A stretch of DNA of 64,000 bases from Octopus vulgaris (GCA_951406725.2 OX597816.1:178250001-178314000); one strand, 5' to 3'; positions 1 to 13,816 are shown, counted from the first letter of the stretch. Translations and numbers: made by a program. Notes: generated by a model not told the origin, from the sequence alone.

Positions 1-614
1 AAGTAATGAGAGCGAAAGAGACTAAGAGAAAGCGATTGTATGACGAGGGAAGTTCTTTTGAAGTTACCGTGCATGTGAAGCATTGATGTACATGTGTGTG
101 TGTGTGTGTGTTTGATGGGGTGTGGGAGACAGACAGTATGTTGTGTAAGTGAAGTGCTTCTGTTAGTGTGTGTGAAGAGACAGAGTAATGTGTGAAAGAA
201 AGAGATAACTGAAAATTTTTACTCGGTGTATGTGTATATGTATGTATATTACTTCAAAAGTTCCCGCAAGCCCATATGTAAAAAAAAAAAAACTTTTTAC
301 GGAAATCGACGGAAAGGTCTACTAGACACGAAAGATCGCCGAAATCTTTGTTTCTTTACTTCGTTTATTTTAGTCTCCGGCGAAATAAATTCCCTCCGTC
401 ACGATTTGTGTTCTTCTCGCGTTATTTTGGGTAAATTTGACGTTTTACAAGAAGAACGAATTCCTTACTATGACTTATGGCGTCTAAATTGTTCACACCT
501 TTCGAAATGCTAATATTTTTTTACCTGTTTTTAAGAAACCAAAGAAAGACAAAAAAAAAGACCGAATTTTAATGTAACAATTTGATATTTATTTTGCAGC
601 GTCGCTGTCGAGTT

Positions 615-688
615 GGCCGGTTAGCTCAGTTGGTTAGAGCGTCGTGCTAATAACGCGAATGTCGTGGGTTCGAGCCCCATACTGGCCA
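615..688 (+). tRNA. tRNA-Ile (anticodon AAT)
   Basis: GGCCGGT/ACTGGCC acceptor stem, A box TAGCTCAGTTGG, anticodon arm TCGTG-CTAATAA-CGCGA, T arm GGTTCGAGCCC; oligo-T Pol III terminator just downstream. Confidence 0.96.
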
Positions 689-957
689 GATTATTATTTT
701 TGCTTTTTTTTGTCACGATTTGCGTAGCCTTTAGGTCTCCTGCTGAATGTTACCAGTTTATTTAAAAACAATAAGGAAAAGCGTATTTGTATCGTCATAT
801 TTTTATTTATTTACTTATTTCGCATCCCCAGACGTGTATATTCAGATTTTGCTATAATGACCTTATTTTGTGTTTACTTTATATAGAGAGGGAGACAGAG
901 AGAAGAGGCGATTAGAGAGACGGGGAGGAAGACAGACGTATATTCTTTGATTCATTC

Positions 958-1110
958 TACTTCTTTTAGTCGTTTGACTGCTGGACCACCGCCATTAGTC
1001 GAACCATTAGTCGACCCCAGGACTTATTTTTTAAAGCCTAGTTTTTATCCTATCTGTCTCTTTTGCCAAACTGCTAAGTTATGGGGACCTAAACACGCCA
1101 ACATCGATTG
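958..1110 (-). mobile_element. Partial 3' half of the tRNA-derived SINE (family A)
   Basis: Reverse complement of the family A 3' body; abuts a (TA)n tract. Confidence 0.7.
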
Positions 1111-1140
1111 TATATACAAATATACATACATCATATACAC

Positions 1141-1317
<177 letters not shown>

Positions 1318-1319
<2 letters not shown>

Positions 1320-1488
1320 CGCAGGAGTGGCTGTGTGGTAAGTAGCTTGCTTACCAGCCACATGGTTCCGGGTTCAGTCCCACTGCGTGACATCTTGGGC
1401 AAGTGTCTTCTGCTATAGCCCCGGGCCAACCAATGCCTTGTGAGTGGATTTGGTAGACGGAAACTGAAAGAAGCCTGTCGTATATATG

Positions 1489-1519
<31 letters not shown>

Positions 1520-1719
1520 ATATGTTTGTGTGTCTGTGTTTGTCCCCCTAGCATTGCTTGACAACCGATGCTGGTGTGTTTACGTCCCTGTCACTTAGCG
1601 GTTCGGCAACAGAGACTGATAGAATAAGTACTAAGCTTACAACGAATAAGTCCCGGGGTCGATTTGCTCGGCTAAAGGCGGTGCTCCAGCATGGCCGCAG
1701 TCAAATGACTAAAACAAGT

Positions 1720-1723
<4 letters not shown>
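1318..1723 (+). mobile_element. tRNA-derived SINE family A, full length
   Basis: Head with A box TGGCTGTGTGG and B box GGTTCAGTCC, CORE-like CTTGGGCAAGT, internal TA/TG tract, tail ...ACAAGTAAAA; more than 10 copies in the window. Confidence 0.88.
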
Positions 1724-1758
<35 letters not shown>

Positions 1759-1957
1759 GTCTGGGGAGAGTCATTCTCTTTTAGTGCCTTATAATTTAAC
1801 ACTTTCACTGGTAAAGTTTCCGCTAATTTACTTAATTGATTTTCTAAAATTTTGTTGTGTCTTGCAACCTTCAGCACAAGAACTTACATAATCTTGCAAA
1901 CCAAATCCAAAACGAAATGCATGCATGCATGGATGGATGGATGGATGGATGGATGGA

Positions 1958-2228
1958 AATTAAGGGTATCTAAAAGTACCACCATGCTAGGTACAGCTGC
2001 CAAAACTTGACTCTAAATCCACATTAAATGTTCATACAACACCAGGAGAGAAGACAAAGAGACAAAATAAACTGGCAAGAAATTATTGGATAATTCCAGA
2101 TCCTGGATTTCTGACTTTCTTAAAGCCAGAAATCCAGGTGGTGTCTGAACATTTAATGTGGTTCTAGAGTCAAGTTTGGGCTGCTATATCTAGCATGGTG
2201 GTATCTTTTATAAACCCTTAATTATAAT
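1958..2228. repeat. Long imperfect palindrome / hairpin element
   Basis: About 85-bp arms AATTAAGGGT...CACCA and TGGTG...ACCCTTAATT; second internal hairpin at about 2102-2138. Confidence 0.75.
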
Positions 2229-2317
2229 TTTAATAACAATTATTACCTATGAGGTTTTTATTGCCATGCTAGACACTTGGTATGATCGGTATTTTAAATA
2301 ACAATCTTATCCTTCAT

Positions 2318-2361
<44 letters not shown>

Positions 2362-2605
2362 GGCGAAACCTAAAGTAATCCTCCCATAAAATTGCTTTAT
2401 ATCTTAGTGAGCTGCTTCTTATGGATTTGTTTTTTACAGACGACATATGGGTACAGATATAGATCTATACATGGGTGTAGTTCGTATCAGAACGCTCATG
2501 TAAACTGGATTTTCTCTATTTTGACAGAGGGTTTTCCAACTTTATATTTATTTATTATTTTTTTACAATTGCCTTAGAAATCTAACATATATACATATAT
2601 ATATA

Positions 2606-2952
2606 TACATCTAACACCCGTGGACATATTTACAAAGTAAGAAAACAGCACAGCTCCCATAACTTCAGGAAACATTTTTTCACTCTGAGAGTTGCTGAAG
2701 CATGGAACAAACTGCCAGCATCGGTTGTTAGTTGTTGGAGCACTGCATCCTTCAAAACTTCCATGCTTCCTGAGATTCGCCAACACTACACTTGAATTCC
2801 TCCCCTCCATACACACACAAGCATGTATCTGACTCATACATTGTTCGCTTTCCAGACATTTCTACATTACTGCATGTACTTTATATGCACTTTCTGACAA
2901 GTTGTGGTGCACCTGAGCACTGTATACAATAATTTCATTATTATTATTATTT
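2606..2952 (+). mobile_element. CR1-clade LINE 3' end
   Basis: Translates RKHFFTLRVAEAWNKLPASVV, a typical CR1 RT C-terminal motif, followed by an (ATT)n tail. Confidence 0.75.
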
Positions 2953-3180
2953 TAAATGATGAGGGGGAGATTTTTATGAAAGGAAAAGCTTTTGAAAATA
3001 TATGACTTTTATTCACCTAATTTCCACATGACTAAATAAAAGATGTTTTTTAAAATATTTTCAGACGAAAAGATGTGATTTAAGAGATAATTAGCTGTCG
3101 TTTCTAGCATATCCCACGACCACCTAACACCTTCCCCGTTTCTTTGTCACTGACATGTATTGATGGTTTTCAATATTTTT

Positions 3181-3608
3181 GGATCTTTTCCTTTTGAACG
3201 GCACTTTGTAACATAATTTCTAGGTAACTAAAAAGTTTTAAACTTCGTATACTGGTAGAATGTGTTTATAAAACATCTTTTTCTCTTGGCTTTATTGAGA
3301 AAATTCTATAGTTTGTAAGATATTTCGTCTGAAATTTCTTGCATTTCGGCAATTTTAACTAATCAATTACCTCCATTGACGTAAATAACATTCTGTGCAT
3401 AATGAATATGTCCCTCCTTTAATTGGTTGGTTAAAATTGCCGAAATGCAAGAAATTTCAGACGAAATATCTTACAAACTATAGAATTTTCTCAATAAAGC
3501 CAAGTGAAAATGATGTTTTATAAACACATTCTACCAGTATACGAAGTTTAAAACTTTTTAGTTACCTAGAAATTATGTTACAAAGTGCCGTTCAAAAGGA
3601 AAAGATCC
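3181..3608. mobile_element. MITE with about 180-bp TIRs, GG...CC termini and 8-bp TSD (Merlin-like)
   Basis: GGATCTTTTCCTTTTGAACGG... / ...CCGTTCAAAAGGAAAAGATCC; ATATTTTT at 3173-3180 and 3609-3616. Confidence 0.85.
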
Positions 3609-3714
3609 ATATTTTTCTCTCCATAAAGATATTTTATGAAATGACTAGCAGAGATACCCGGCGTTGCTCGGAATTAAATGGCATAATTTTTTATTGTTTT
3701 ACTTTTAGAATTAT

Positions 3715-3985
3715 GTGCTGCGGCCACGCTGGAGCACCGCCTTTAGTCGAACAAATCAACCCAGGATTTATTCTTTGTAAGCCTAGTACTTATTCTATCG
3801 GTGTCTAAGTTACAGGAACGTAAACACACCAACATCGGTTGTCAAGCGATGGTGGGAGTACAAACACAGACACACACAAATACACACACACACAGACACA
3901 AATATACGCATGTATACATCAGTCTTCTTTAAGTTTCCGTGTACGAAATCCATTCACAAGGCTTTGGTCGGCCTGAATCTATAGT
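3715..3985 (-). mobile_element. SINE family A, partial
   Basis: Matches the family A body in reverse. Confidence 0.75.
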
Positions 3986-4068
3986 ATATGTGTGTGTGTG
4001 TGTACACACATACATACATACAAACATACACACACACACTCACATACATACATACATACATACATACA

Positions 4069-4111
<43 letters not shown>

Positions 4112-4393
4112 CATCATCATCATCATCATCATCATCGTTTAGCGTCCGTTTTCCGCGCTAGCACGGGTTGGACATATATATATATACATACATATATATA
4201 GATGAAATTTACAGGGAAACAAAAGACGAAGGCAGGTGTATGAACAACAAGCAGGTGTATTAGTTTAATGCTCAGGAAGAATGGAGAAGTATTTTACGTT
4301 TCGTGCCTAAGCTCGTCAACAGAAAGGAATAAGAGAGAATAAAAAAACTTGTGGATTTAACGATCAAGCATGGCGACTGGTTGGGACTGTGTT

Positions 4394-4424
<31 letters not shown>

Positions 4425-4459
4425 TATATATATGTGTTATATGTGTGTGTGTATACATA

Positions 4460-4492
<33 letters not shown>

Positions 4493-4518
4493 ATAGAGAG
4501 AAAGAGATATACATATAC

Positions 4519-4557
<39 letters not shown>

Positions 4558-4619
4558 TATATATACATGTATATACACATATAAACATATATATATACAC
4601 ATATACATATATATATATT

Positions 4620-5012
4620 CTTTTATTCTTTTACTTGTTTCAGTCATTTGACTGTGGCCATGCCGGAGCACCGCCTTTAGTCGAACTAATCGACCCCACG
4701 ACTTACTCTTTGCAAGCCTAGTACTTATTCTATCGTCTCTTTTGCCGAACCGCTAAATTACAGGGACGTAAACATACCAAAATCGGTAGTCAAGTGATGA
4801 CGTGGGGAGGGGGAGGACAGACATAGACACACAAACATATACATGTATATACGACGGGCGCCTTTCAGTTTCCATCTACCAAATCGACTTACGTGACTTT
4901 GTCGGCCCGAGGCTATAGTAGAAGGCACTTACTCAGTGAGCCACGCTGCGGGACTGAACCCAGAACCATGGGCTGAGAAGCAAGCTTCTTACTACACAGT
5001 CACACCTGCGCC
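4620..5012 (-). mobile_element. SINE family A
   Basis: Full-length diverged reverse copy. Confidence 0.82.
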
Positions 5013-5291
5013 TATATACATATACACACATATATATATACATATATATATATACATATATATATATATACATACATACATATATACATACATATATACA
5101 TACATACATATATACATACATATATACATATACGGTATATACAGGTGCTTACAATTATCAAGTACTCACCCCGAATTTCTATATATATATATATATATAT
5201 ATGCAAAAAAGGGTGAAATATAATTAATTTAATAAAATTAATAAATTTCACCTAGTAGTTTTATCGGTATGGAAAAGACCATATTTGGTAA

Positions 5292-5442
5292 GGGTTATAA
5301 TAATTATAATTAAGGGTTAATTGCAACAAATTGCTCAAAACCACATACCGAGGGGAAATAGTGATCAATTTTGGCTGCTATTTCTAATATTTTCGGTATG
5401 TGGTTTTGAGCAACTTGTTGCAATTAACCCTTAATTATAATT
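5292..5442. repeat. Palindromic hairpin element
   Basis: TATAATTAAGGGTTAATTGCAACAA...CCACATACCGA inverted by TCGGTATGTGG...TAACCCTTAATTATA. Confidence 0.8.
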
Positions 5443-5489
5443 ATATATATATATATATACATATATACATATATAGGTACATATGCATC

Positions 5490-5521
<32 letters not shown>

Positions 5522-6180
5522 TATACATTTATATATATATACATTTATATATACACATTTATATATACATATATGTATATAAATATGTGTGTGTGTGTTT
5601 GTGTCTGTGTATGTAAAAAGGTTGAATTAGATTCGTCCTTTAATTTGGAGGATTCCAAAAAGTATTTCTGATATTGATTCTTCATATTTTGCTGGTAGCT
5701 TACTGGTGTAAAATTGCGAATATGAAAATAATACTTGTAAATGGTGTGTTGTGAGAATTTATGGAAAGGCATCCCATAAAACTCAACAATTTTGATAAAA
5801 ATGGAGAAGAGAAGGTGTTGAAATATAGAAGAGAATTTTAATTCATGCAGACGATCGTTTCGTACAGCGATATAAAGATCATGCAAATTCATGGTTAAAT
5901 AGAATTAACTAAATTAATTAGATTAAATTAAATTAATTATATATCACTGTACTCTTCAGTGCAAGAAGTATAAAATTTTTTTTACAAAGGACCTGAGAAA
6001 GGAAAAAGCTGAATAGGAGATTCATACTTATCCTTATGAGGAAGAAAGATATGTGTGAGTCCAGTTAGGTATTAACTAAAACTAAAGGCTATAACGGTTA
6101 TTTGAAAATATAAGTGAGAGAGGTTTTAGTGATGTTCCCTCTATAGATGAGTAAAGAGATACGAAATTCTAACTCCAAAT

Positions 6181-6290
<110 letters not shown>

Positions 6291-6305
6291 TAGGTACATA
6301 TGCAT

Positions 6306-6347
<42 letters not shown>

Positions 6348-6379
6348 TATATGTATATATATATATATATAAATGTATA

Positions 6380-6421
<42 letters not shown>

Positions 6422-6443
6422 TGCATATGTACCTATATATGTA

Positions 6444-6481
<38 letters not shown>

Positions 6482-7900
6482 GGGAAAAGATTTTATAGAA
6501 ATGTTAAATGGAAAGGCATGGCTATATTTGAATTAAAATAAGATCTGACAGTTAGAAATAATACTTAGTGTGGTGTATATTAAAATAAAAATTAATACAT
6601 GAGAATGAAGTGAAACTAGAGGAGATAATGTATAATGGGGTAGTGGATTGTTAATGTAAACAAGTGTTATAGAGGTAACAATGGATTAAAGGGAGAATAA
6701 GATTTGTAAAATGGACAAGTGTGTGCATAAGAACTAATATTCGTTAGTATGTATTAAATATAAGGTAGAAAAATAAGTAAAAACAGAGAAATAGTTGTTA
6801 ATATTACAATTAGATAATAAATACTTGCTGTGGTTATAAAGATAAAAAAAAACGCGCTCAGGTCTTAATTATTGGATAAATAACAATGTAGGGGAGATAA
6901 ATGAGCTGGGAAGGAAAAACAGAGAAATGAGGGTTTAATATGTATTGATATGTAATTATGTTTAAGTATAAATAAAAATATGAGGTAAGGAACTAGCTTG
7001 GTATAATGTGAGAGATATATATAGAGTGGTATTAGGTTTGTATTGATATTCAAGTAATAGAAGAGTAATGTGTATTATAAATATAAGAGAATTTATGAGT
7101 TTAGGGGTGTACATAAGTATGCAAAAAAATTTATACACAAAGTCTTATAAAAACTTACAAGGAAAAAATTGTTAGTATATTTACTTATATGTGAGTAGTG
7201 GAATATCTGCACATTAGTATATATAGATAGAGGAATTCCAGTTGTTTTTATTAGGGGATACATAAAGGAAGGAACACCGTATACAAGTATATATACTCAT
7301 ACCTGTGCAAAGAGAGAATAAAAGGCACACGCATATAGATAAGACACATATAAAAATAGCAGTGTGTGTGTGCGCGAACCATACGTATATACGCACAGGT
7401 TCATATTAAAAATAACACGTTAGTAGCAATATATAGTGAAGAGCACACAATAATATATATGCACACACACACACACAGATGACATATAAGATCCATATCT
7501 AGATATGCACATATGATTGTAGGCATGTACTCTAATACTGGTATTAATGAACCCAAGAATAAGGACAACAAACACCAAAACTGCCAAGTTATAGATAAAA
7601 ATATGAATATTAAACCAATAAACTGAAAAAATGAAAATAATCTAAACTCACCAAATTCCTTCAGTAAAATACATAACCATAGATCTCAATGTAGATGGGA
7701 ATAGAATAGCAAAAAAGAAAGCAATACCTTGTGTGAGAATAGCTGACCTCCCAAACACAATCCGCCATTCCAACAAAGAAAATGGCAATGGTACTACTTG
7801 GATCTTTTGCCAAACATCTAAAATCTAACTTTATTAGATCCATTAGAATGATAATTAATAAAATCTTTAAAAACTCTAAATATGCAAAAATATTTAATAA

Positions 7901-8272
7901 CTAGCAGTATCGCCCGGCGTTGCTCGGGTTTGTAAGGGAAATAACTATAAAGCATTTTTAGAGAGTTATAGCCAAAAAATGGAAAAAAATGATGGTAAAT
8001 TTTTTTTGAGAGTAAAAAAAGGTGGATTTGCGTCCCCTAGACAGTTTGCGGTTTGTGTTTCTGATTCTCGACCCCATGTCGAATTTATCGATTTTTTCAG
8101 AACTGGGGGAACTTTTCAAAATTTTCGCTGCGTTAGTTTTGAATTATGACATTGGGCTATGTGTGTGTTAAGTTTCATCAGAATCGGTTGAAAGCCATGG
8201 TCAGAGTGAGGGTACGAGAAAACAGACACACAGAAACACGCACAGACAAACTGCCGTTTATATATAGAGAGA
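7901..8272 (-). mobile_element. Non-autonomous Helitron
   Basis: On - strand begins A|TC and ends with a CCCGAGCAACGCCGGG hairpin then CTAG|T; inserted in a Penelope-like remnant. Confidence 0.8.
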
Positions 8273-8289
8273 TAAAAAAAATTGGATTT

Positions 8290-8900
8290 GGATTTTCAGT
8301 CTCTCCTAATCTCTTTAGGATAATCTCTTCATTTAACAATAAAAAACTGGATCTATTCTATAATAAAAAAAAAAAAACTGTGTTTAGTGTACTTAGTACC
8401 TCCAATAATCCGACTATTATAATAATAACCAGAACTCCATTATACCTAATAAACAGTCATAAAACCATAGTGCCACCCAATAACTTAAATTGTAATTGTA
8501 GGGACCCAAATGCCTGTGAATTAGATAGAAATTACAAAATGATACAAGTTGAATACCGAGCAACTATTATTACTCAGGACTCCTCTAAATATAAATACGT
8601 TGGTTGCACGAAAAATTCCCTTAAATCGAGAATTGATAACCATAAATCTTTTTTTAGGGACCCTAGAAAAGAGAATAACACAGGTCTATCTAAAAAACAT
8701 TTGGCACCCCAAAAGAAACAATGTTGATTTCTTAATTTCTTGTAAAATCCTATCTTCTTCCCCCTCTTATAGATATAATATTAAAATTTGTACGTTTGGT
8801 TTAGAAGAAAGCTATAACATAATGAGAATGAATGGAAATTTGGTGAACACTAAGGATGAAAGAGTTTATCATGTAAACACATAACCAAATTCCATTTTAT
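8290..8900 (+). mobile_element. Penelope-like element GIY-YIG endonuclease remnant (frameshifted)
   Basis: NCNCRDPNAC...VEYRATI...KYVGCTKNSLKSRIDNHKSFF...TGLSK then, after a frameshift, IWH...CTFGLEE. Confidence 0.8.
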
Positions 8901-9140
8901 CAATCTGAAATAATTCTTCACTCCCCATTTGCTCAGATTTGGTTTTGGTGTTTTTAAAAATATTTCTATATAAATTCTCTTTTTCTATGAAACACGGTTA
9001 CTCATCACATCCACTTTACATCTTATACTATCTTGATATATTTTTTATTTATCTAATTTTCCCTTCTAACAATTGCATGACCCGCCATATATTGGGCTAA
9101 CACTTTATCTACCTCTCCCTACACCTCCTTTTTTCTCAAT

Positions 9141-9535
9141 ACTCTTTTACTCTTTTACTTGTTTCAGTCATTTGACTGCGGCCATGCTGGAGTACCGCCT
9201 TTAGTCGAGCAAATCGACCCCGGGACTTATTCTTTGTAAGCCCAGTGCTTATTCTATCGGTCTCTTTCTGCCGAACCGCTAAGTGACGGGGACGTAAACA
9301 CACCAGCATCTGTTGTCAAGCAATGCTAGGGAGACAAACACATACACATATACATATATATACACATATATACGACAGGTTTCTTTCAGTTTCCGTCTAC
9401 CAAATCCACTCACAAGGCATTGGTCGGCCCGGGGCTATAGCAGAAGACACTTGCCCAAGGTGCCACGCAGTGGGACTGAACCCGGAACCATGTGGTTGGT
9501 TAGCAAGCTACTTACCACACAGCCACTCCTGCGCC
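9141..9535 (-). mobile_element. SINE family A
   Basis: Full-length reverse copy. Confidence 0.88.
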
Positions 9536-9924
9536 TGTTTTTTTTTTTTTTTAAATGATATCGTTCCTTAGTATATAATATACCTATATATTTTTTGTAT
9601 TTAATTTATTTTAATTGCATAGGGTGCCCTTTAAAACCCCCTCAACATATCCATTCTAACTGATACTGTTTTAAATTACTTGTCACTCTACCTGATAATT
9701 GAATATATTTTACTGATGATATACGCAAACATATACAGTACTTTTTGGTGTCCTACATGTCTACAACCATGTGTGCATATCTAGATAGGGATCTTATATG
9801 TCATCTGTGTGTGCCAAGCTAGTTCCTTACCTCATTTTTTTTATTTATACTTAAACATAGTTACATATCAATACATATTAAACCCTCTTTTCTCTGTTTT
9901 TCATTCCCACCTCATTTATCTCCC

Positions 9925-10505
9925 CTACATTGTTATTTATCCGTATCCATACATCAATCTCACAGATGGGACTATCCCCAATACACAAGACCGCCACAGC
10001 AAATAGACCCAAGGTGGGCACCACTGGCAACAACACACACATCACCTCAATGCTCCGACTGAACATCAGAGGACTGCTGACACTCAGTAACAGGACAAAA
10101 ATCCCTTGAGAGACCTTGTTGCATGCAATCAAGCCTTATGCATAGCACTTACAGAAACACACCTGAAACCGGATATAGCAGATGCGGAAATACACATACC
10201 ACAGTATGTTGTATTACGGACCGACAGAAAAGAAAGGAGTTATGGTGGAGCTGCTATGTATATCTGCGAGGACCTCACACCCCAGGTCCTTTTGTCATAC
10301 TCAAATTCAGTGTGTGACACACTAATTGTACATATAAGGCAACTCGGTGTAGTTATATGTGCTACATATCGCCCTCCAGATGCTCCAAGCCATGTAGGCA
10401 AGTTTGAAGACTGCCTTACAAAAATAGAAATTCTAGTCACATTAGAACAACACATAAGTGTACTTCTTATGGGAGACTTCAATCTGCCCAGTGTCAAACG
10501 GCCCA
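9925..10505 (+). mobile_element. LINE APE-endonuclease fragment (CR1/L2-like)
   Basis: LNIRGL, ALTETHL, RTDR...GGAAMYI, YRPP and MGDFNLP motifs. Confidence 0.82.
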
Positions 10506-10720
10506 AGATAAGCGTAATGCATTCTGTTAGCTGATATATATCCGAAACCAGGAACTTTTCAGCACTCCTTGTATAAAACTTATTTCTAAGGGCCCGTCTA
10601 GATGTAAATTATTATTTATCAGGTACAAATGCCGGAATAATATTAAGCGTTTATATAATACTGTACCACTTTAAGTTCGTCAAATTATGGCGGTAATATT
10701 TTGTATGACAGCTGAGGATA

Positions 10721-11124
10721 TCTTTATATATAAAAGTGAGGTTGTGTGCTGTCTGTCTCCTACGATTTAGATTCCTAACTACTCGCACATTTTGCGGTGC
10801 AGTTTAACCAAAACCGGGTATCTTATAGTCGTGATTCATATCAAGCCCGTCTGGCTATTAGCGCGCGTCTACGATGAGTCTACGATTTGAAAAAAAATTT
10901 ACCATCATTTTTTTCCATTTTGATGCATTTTTTCGCTATTATATAAGAGAAGTAACTCTCTAAAAATGTCTACGATGAGTCAAAACGAATTTTTAAAAAA
11001 TTTACCATCATTTTTTTTCCATTTTTAATGCTTTTTTTTTGCTATTTTTTGGCTATAACTCTCTAAAAATACTTATATAGTTATTTCCCTTACAAACCCG
11101 AGCAACGCCGGGCGATACTGCTAG
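10721..11124 (+). mobile_element. Non-autonomous Helitron
   Basis: A|TCTTTATATAT 5' end; 3' GC hairpin followed by CTAG|T; AT target with no TSD. Confidence 0.82.
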
Positions 11125-11169
11125 TATTGTATATAGCTATTTAGACTAGCTTCTTAGTTTTTAGGAATT

Positions 11170-11270
11170 CTCTCGTCTCGTGCGCGCACACACACACTGA
11201 AGCGCGCAGGCGCAATCGTTTGCTTGTGTTTGCATGTGTGCGCGCGCGCGCTCGTGTTGTCTATTTTCGC
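11170..11270. promoter_or_regulatory. CpG-rich patch with GCGCGC runs, possible regulatory element
   Basis: Local CpG enrichment against a CpG-poor background; no linked transcript identified. Confidence 0.25.
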
Positions 11271-12569
11271 GTTAAAGATAAGAAGGAAGCGACTGAATAT
11301 TGTTCTGAATTTTTTGTTGGTTTTTTTTTTTTTTCTTGTTCATTTTTGTGCCATTTAAAATGTTACTGGAAACAACAAATATATTCTGAACAGTCTAATA
11401 CAATCAGATATTCAACTTCACAACAAAATAATTCAACATTCGTAGCAAAACAAAAAAAATTTAAATTCTTCAGTGCGCTAAAAAATTATACCCGATTACA
11501 AACAAGCTGACTGCAACACAGCCTAAAAAAAGTTTGTAAAATTCTTCCACAGCGTGCAAAGATCCCGCTATTTTGAAATGGCACTCAAAACATATTTCCA
11601 TCCTTCCGAAAAAAAATTTTTTTTAACTTTCGTCTACGAGAAAATACTTCTTTTACCATATTAGATATGTCAGTAAGAATAAACGGTTACAATAAAAAAT
11701 ATTAAAAAATTAGGGTAAAAATGGCTAAAAGTTATATTTTTTTACATACATAACACGTAGGTATATGATAATTATATAAGACAAAAGTACAAATCCAAAA
11801 CCGTGAACACAAACATGAAAGAAGAAGAAAAAAAATAAACAGAAGTAAAAGAGGTAGAAAGGAGAACCATTAATTCAACACTAAGTGCCTCGATTGGTCG
11901 CATACCACAGAAGAATCTTTTTTTTTTCTTTCTTGCTTCACTAAATTAGTGATGATATAAGGGAAGGCCATTTTATTTTAATGGTTAATAAATTAGGTTT
12001 CTGTAAGCTATATGCCTTGTGTATTTCTTCCGACTCTTTACACTCTCGGTTCAAATCCCTATGAAGTCAACTCTGCTGTTCATCTTTTCAGGGTCGATAA
12101 AATAAAGTACCTGTCAATCACTTCCCTTCGGCCTGGGTATAGTCTCTTCCTCACAACTTCTGGTTTTGTACCTAAATTAGAACAAGTTTAATTGCAAAAA
12201 ATGAAAATTTCCATATAAAAATGCGTTTTTCAGTAATCTCAATGCGTAAAAAGACCTATGACCTCGTGTGGGAAGGAGGAGAGCAAAAATTACCATAAGT
12301 TTCTGGGTATTTAATTTAATAAAAGCAAATGACCTAATTTTTCTGACTGCACCAGAAATTTCTGCCCAATACCTAAGTTGGTTATGTTTGTATTTAGTAG
12401 ATTTATGCAGCGGAAATATAAACATACGCATTAAACTTATTTCGATAAATTAGAAATAGCTGAAGGCGGAGAATTTTGTTACGAATATTCTTTAAAAAAT
12501 AAACGAAAACTATTCAATTGTCCTCGTCAATTTAATAAAAATATAATATAGAGGTGGATCAGTCGTCAA

Positions 12570-12642
12570 GTCCCTGTAGCGCAGGGGATAGCGCGCTGGA
12601 CTTCTAATCCAGAGGTCGTGGGTTCGAATCCCACCAGGGATG
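12570..12642 (+). tRNA. tRNA-Arg (anticodon TCT), intronless
   Basis: GTCCCTG/CAGGGAT acceptor stem, anticodon arm CTGGA-CTTCTAA-TCCAG, GGTTCGAATCCC T arm, TTTT about 12 nt downstream. Confidence 0.95.
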
Positions 12643-13156
12643 ACGTGTAATACTTTTAGTGTTGTTGCTGTAAAAATTTGTTCCTGAAGTAAATACTCGC
12701 TTTTACTTGTTTACTGGAGATCGTTTCTCTACATATGTAAGTGGTGTGTAAGGACATTCATTGTAACAGATTTTTCGGCCGCGACATCTCTTGAATACAA
12801 GCGATTTATTTTATGCCTTGCCTTTTTTTGTTCTCTCACGCAAGTTTTTTCTACGTGTGATGAACTTCGCTTCGAATTTACGTGGTTCCGCAAATGTGTA
12901 TAACTTAGACAACTGACTTGTACTGTAGCCTCTGGTTCGTTAATTCTTTGTGAGTGAATTTGGTAGACGGAAACTGTGTTGAAGCCCGCCATATATATAT
13001 ATTGTGTGTGTGCGTACCTTTGAGTTTGTCTACCACACCGCTTGCAAATCGTTGTCCGTTTACGTTGAAATACATACTGGGGTCGATTTGTTCGACTAAA
13101 CCCGTCAAGGCAGTACTCCAGCATGGCCGCAGTTGACTGATAAAAGATGTATGTGT

Positions 13157-13215
<59 letters not shown>

Positions 13216-13816
13216 CTGTGTGTGTATACATATATATTAACACATATATTATTATTATTATTATTATTATTACATTATGTAATTAGATATTGCAAGTTGT
13301 GTGCCACATTCAGGACGAGTAGTTCATACCAGGCATGAATCTTTGGGTATTGAACTTCGACTGACCAATATCGTGGTCCTAGTCAATATACAGAAGAGAA
13401 TCTTCTGTCGGCAGAATATCTTAGAAGATAAGAAACTAGTCAAAGTAAGCCTTTTGGCGAAATAAAAGCTGTGTTGCACTTTTACTTGCTTCCACAGCGA
13501 GTCTTTCTTTGAACGGCATATCTTACAAAATATTATCAATACATTCAAGTTTCTTTTTAGATATGAGTTAATATATTTGAATAAAGTTCATCAGGGTTCA
13601 CCCACACACACATACAGCCGTGCTCACATTCCCACCGCTCTAAAAATCTGGTGAATTTTGTATCATTTTATGTTCAGTTATATACCGGTTCGACAAATAG
13701 TTCTATTAAATATGTACAAGAGTCAAATACAAATTAAAGTCGATGCAACGGAAAACAATCTATCCAATAACTAACACGCAAAAGATAAAGCACAAATATT
13801 TTTAAAAAAAGTACTT

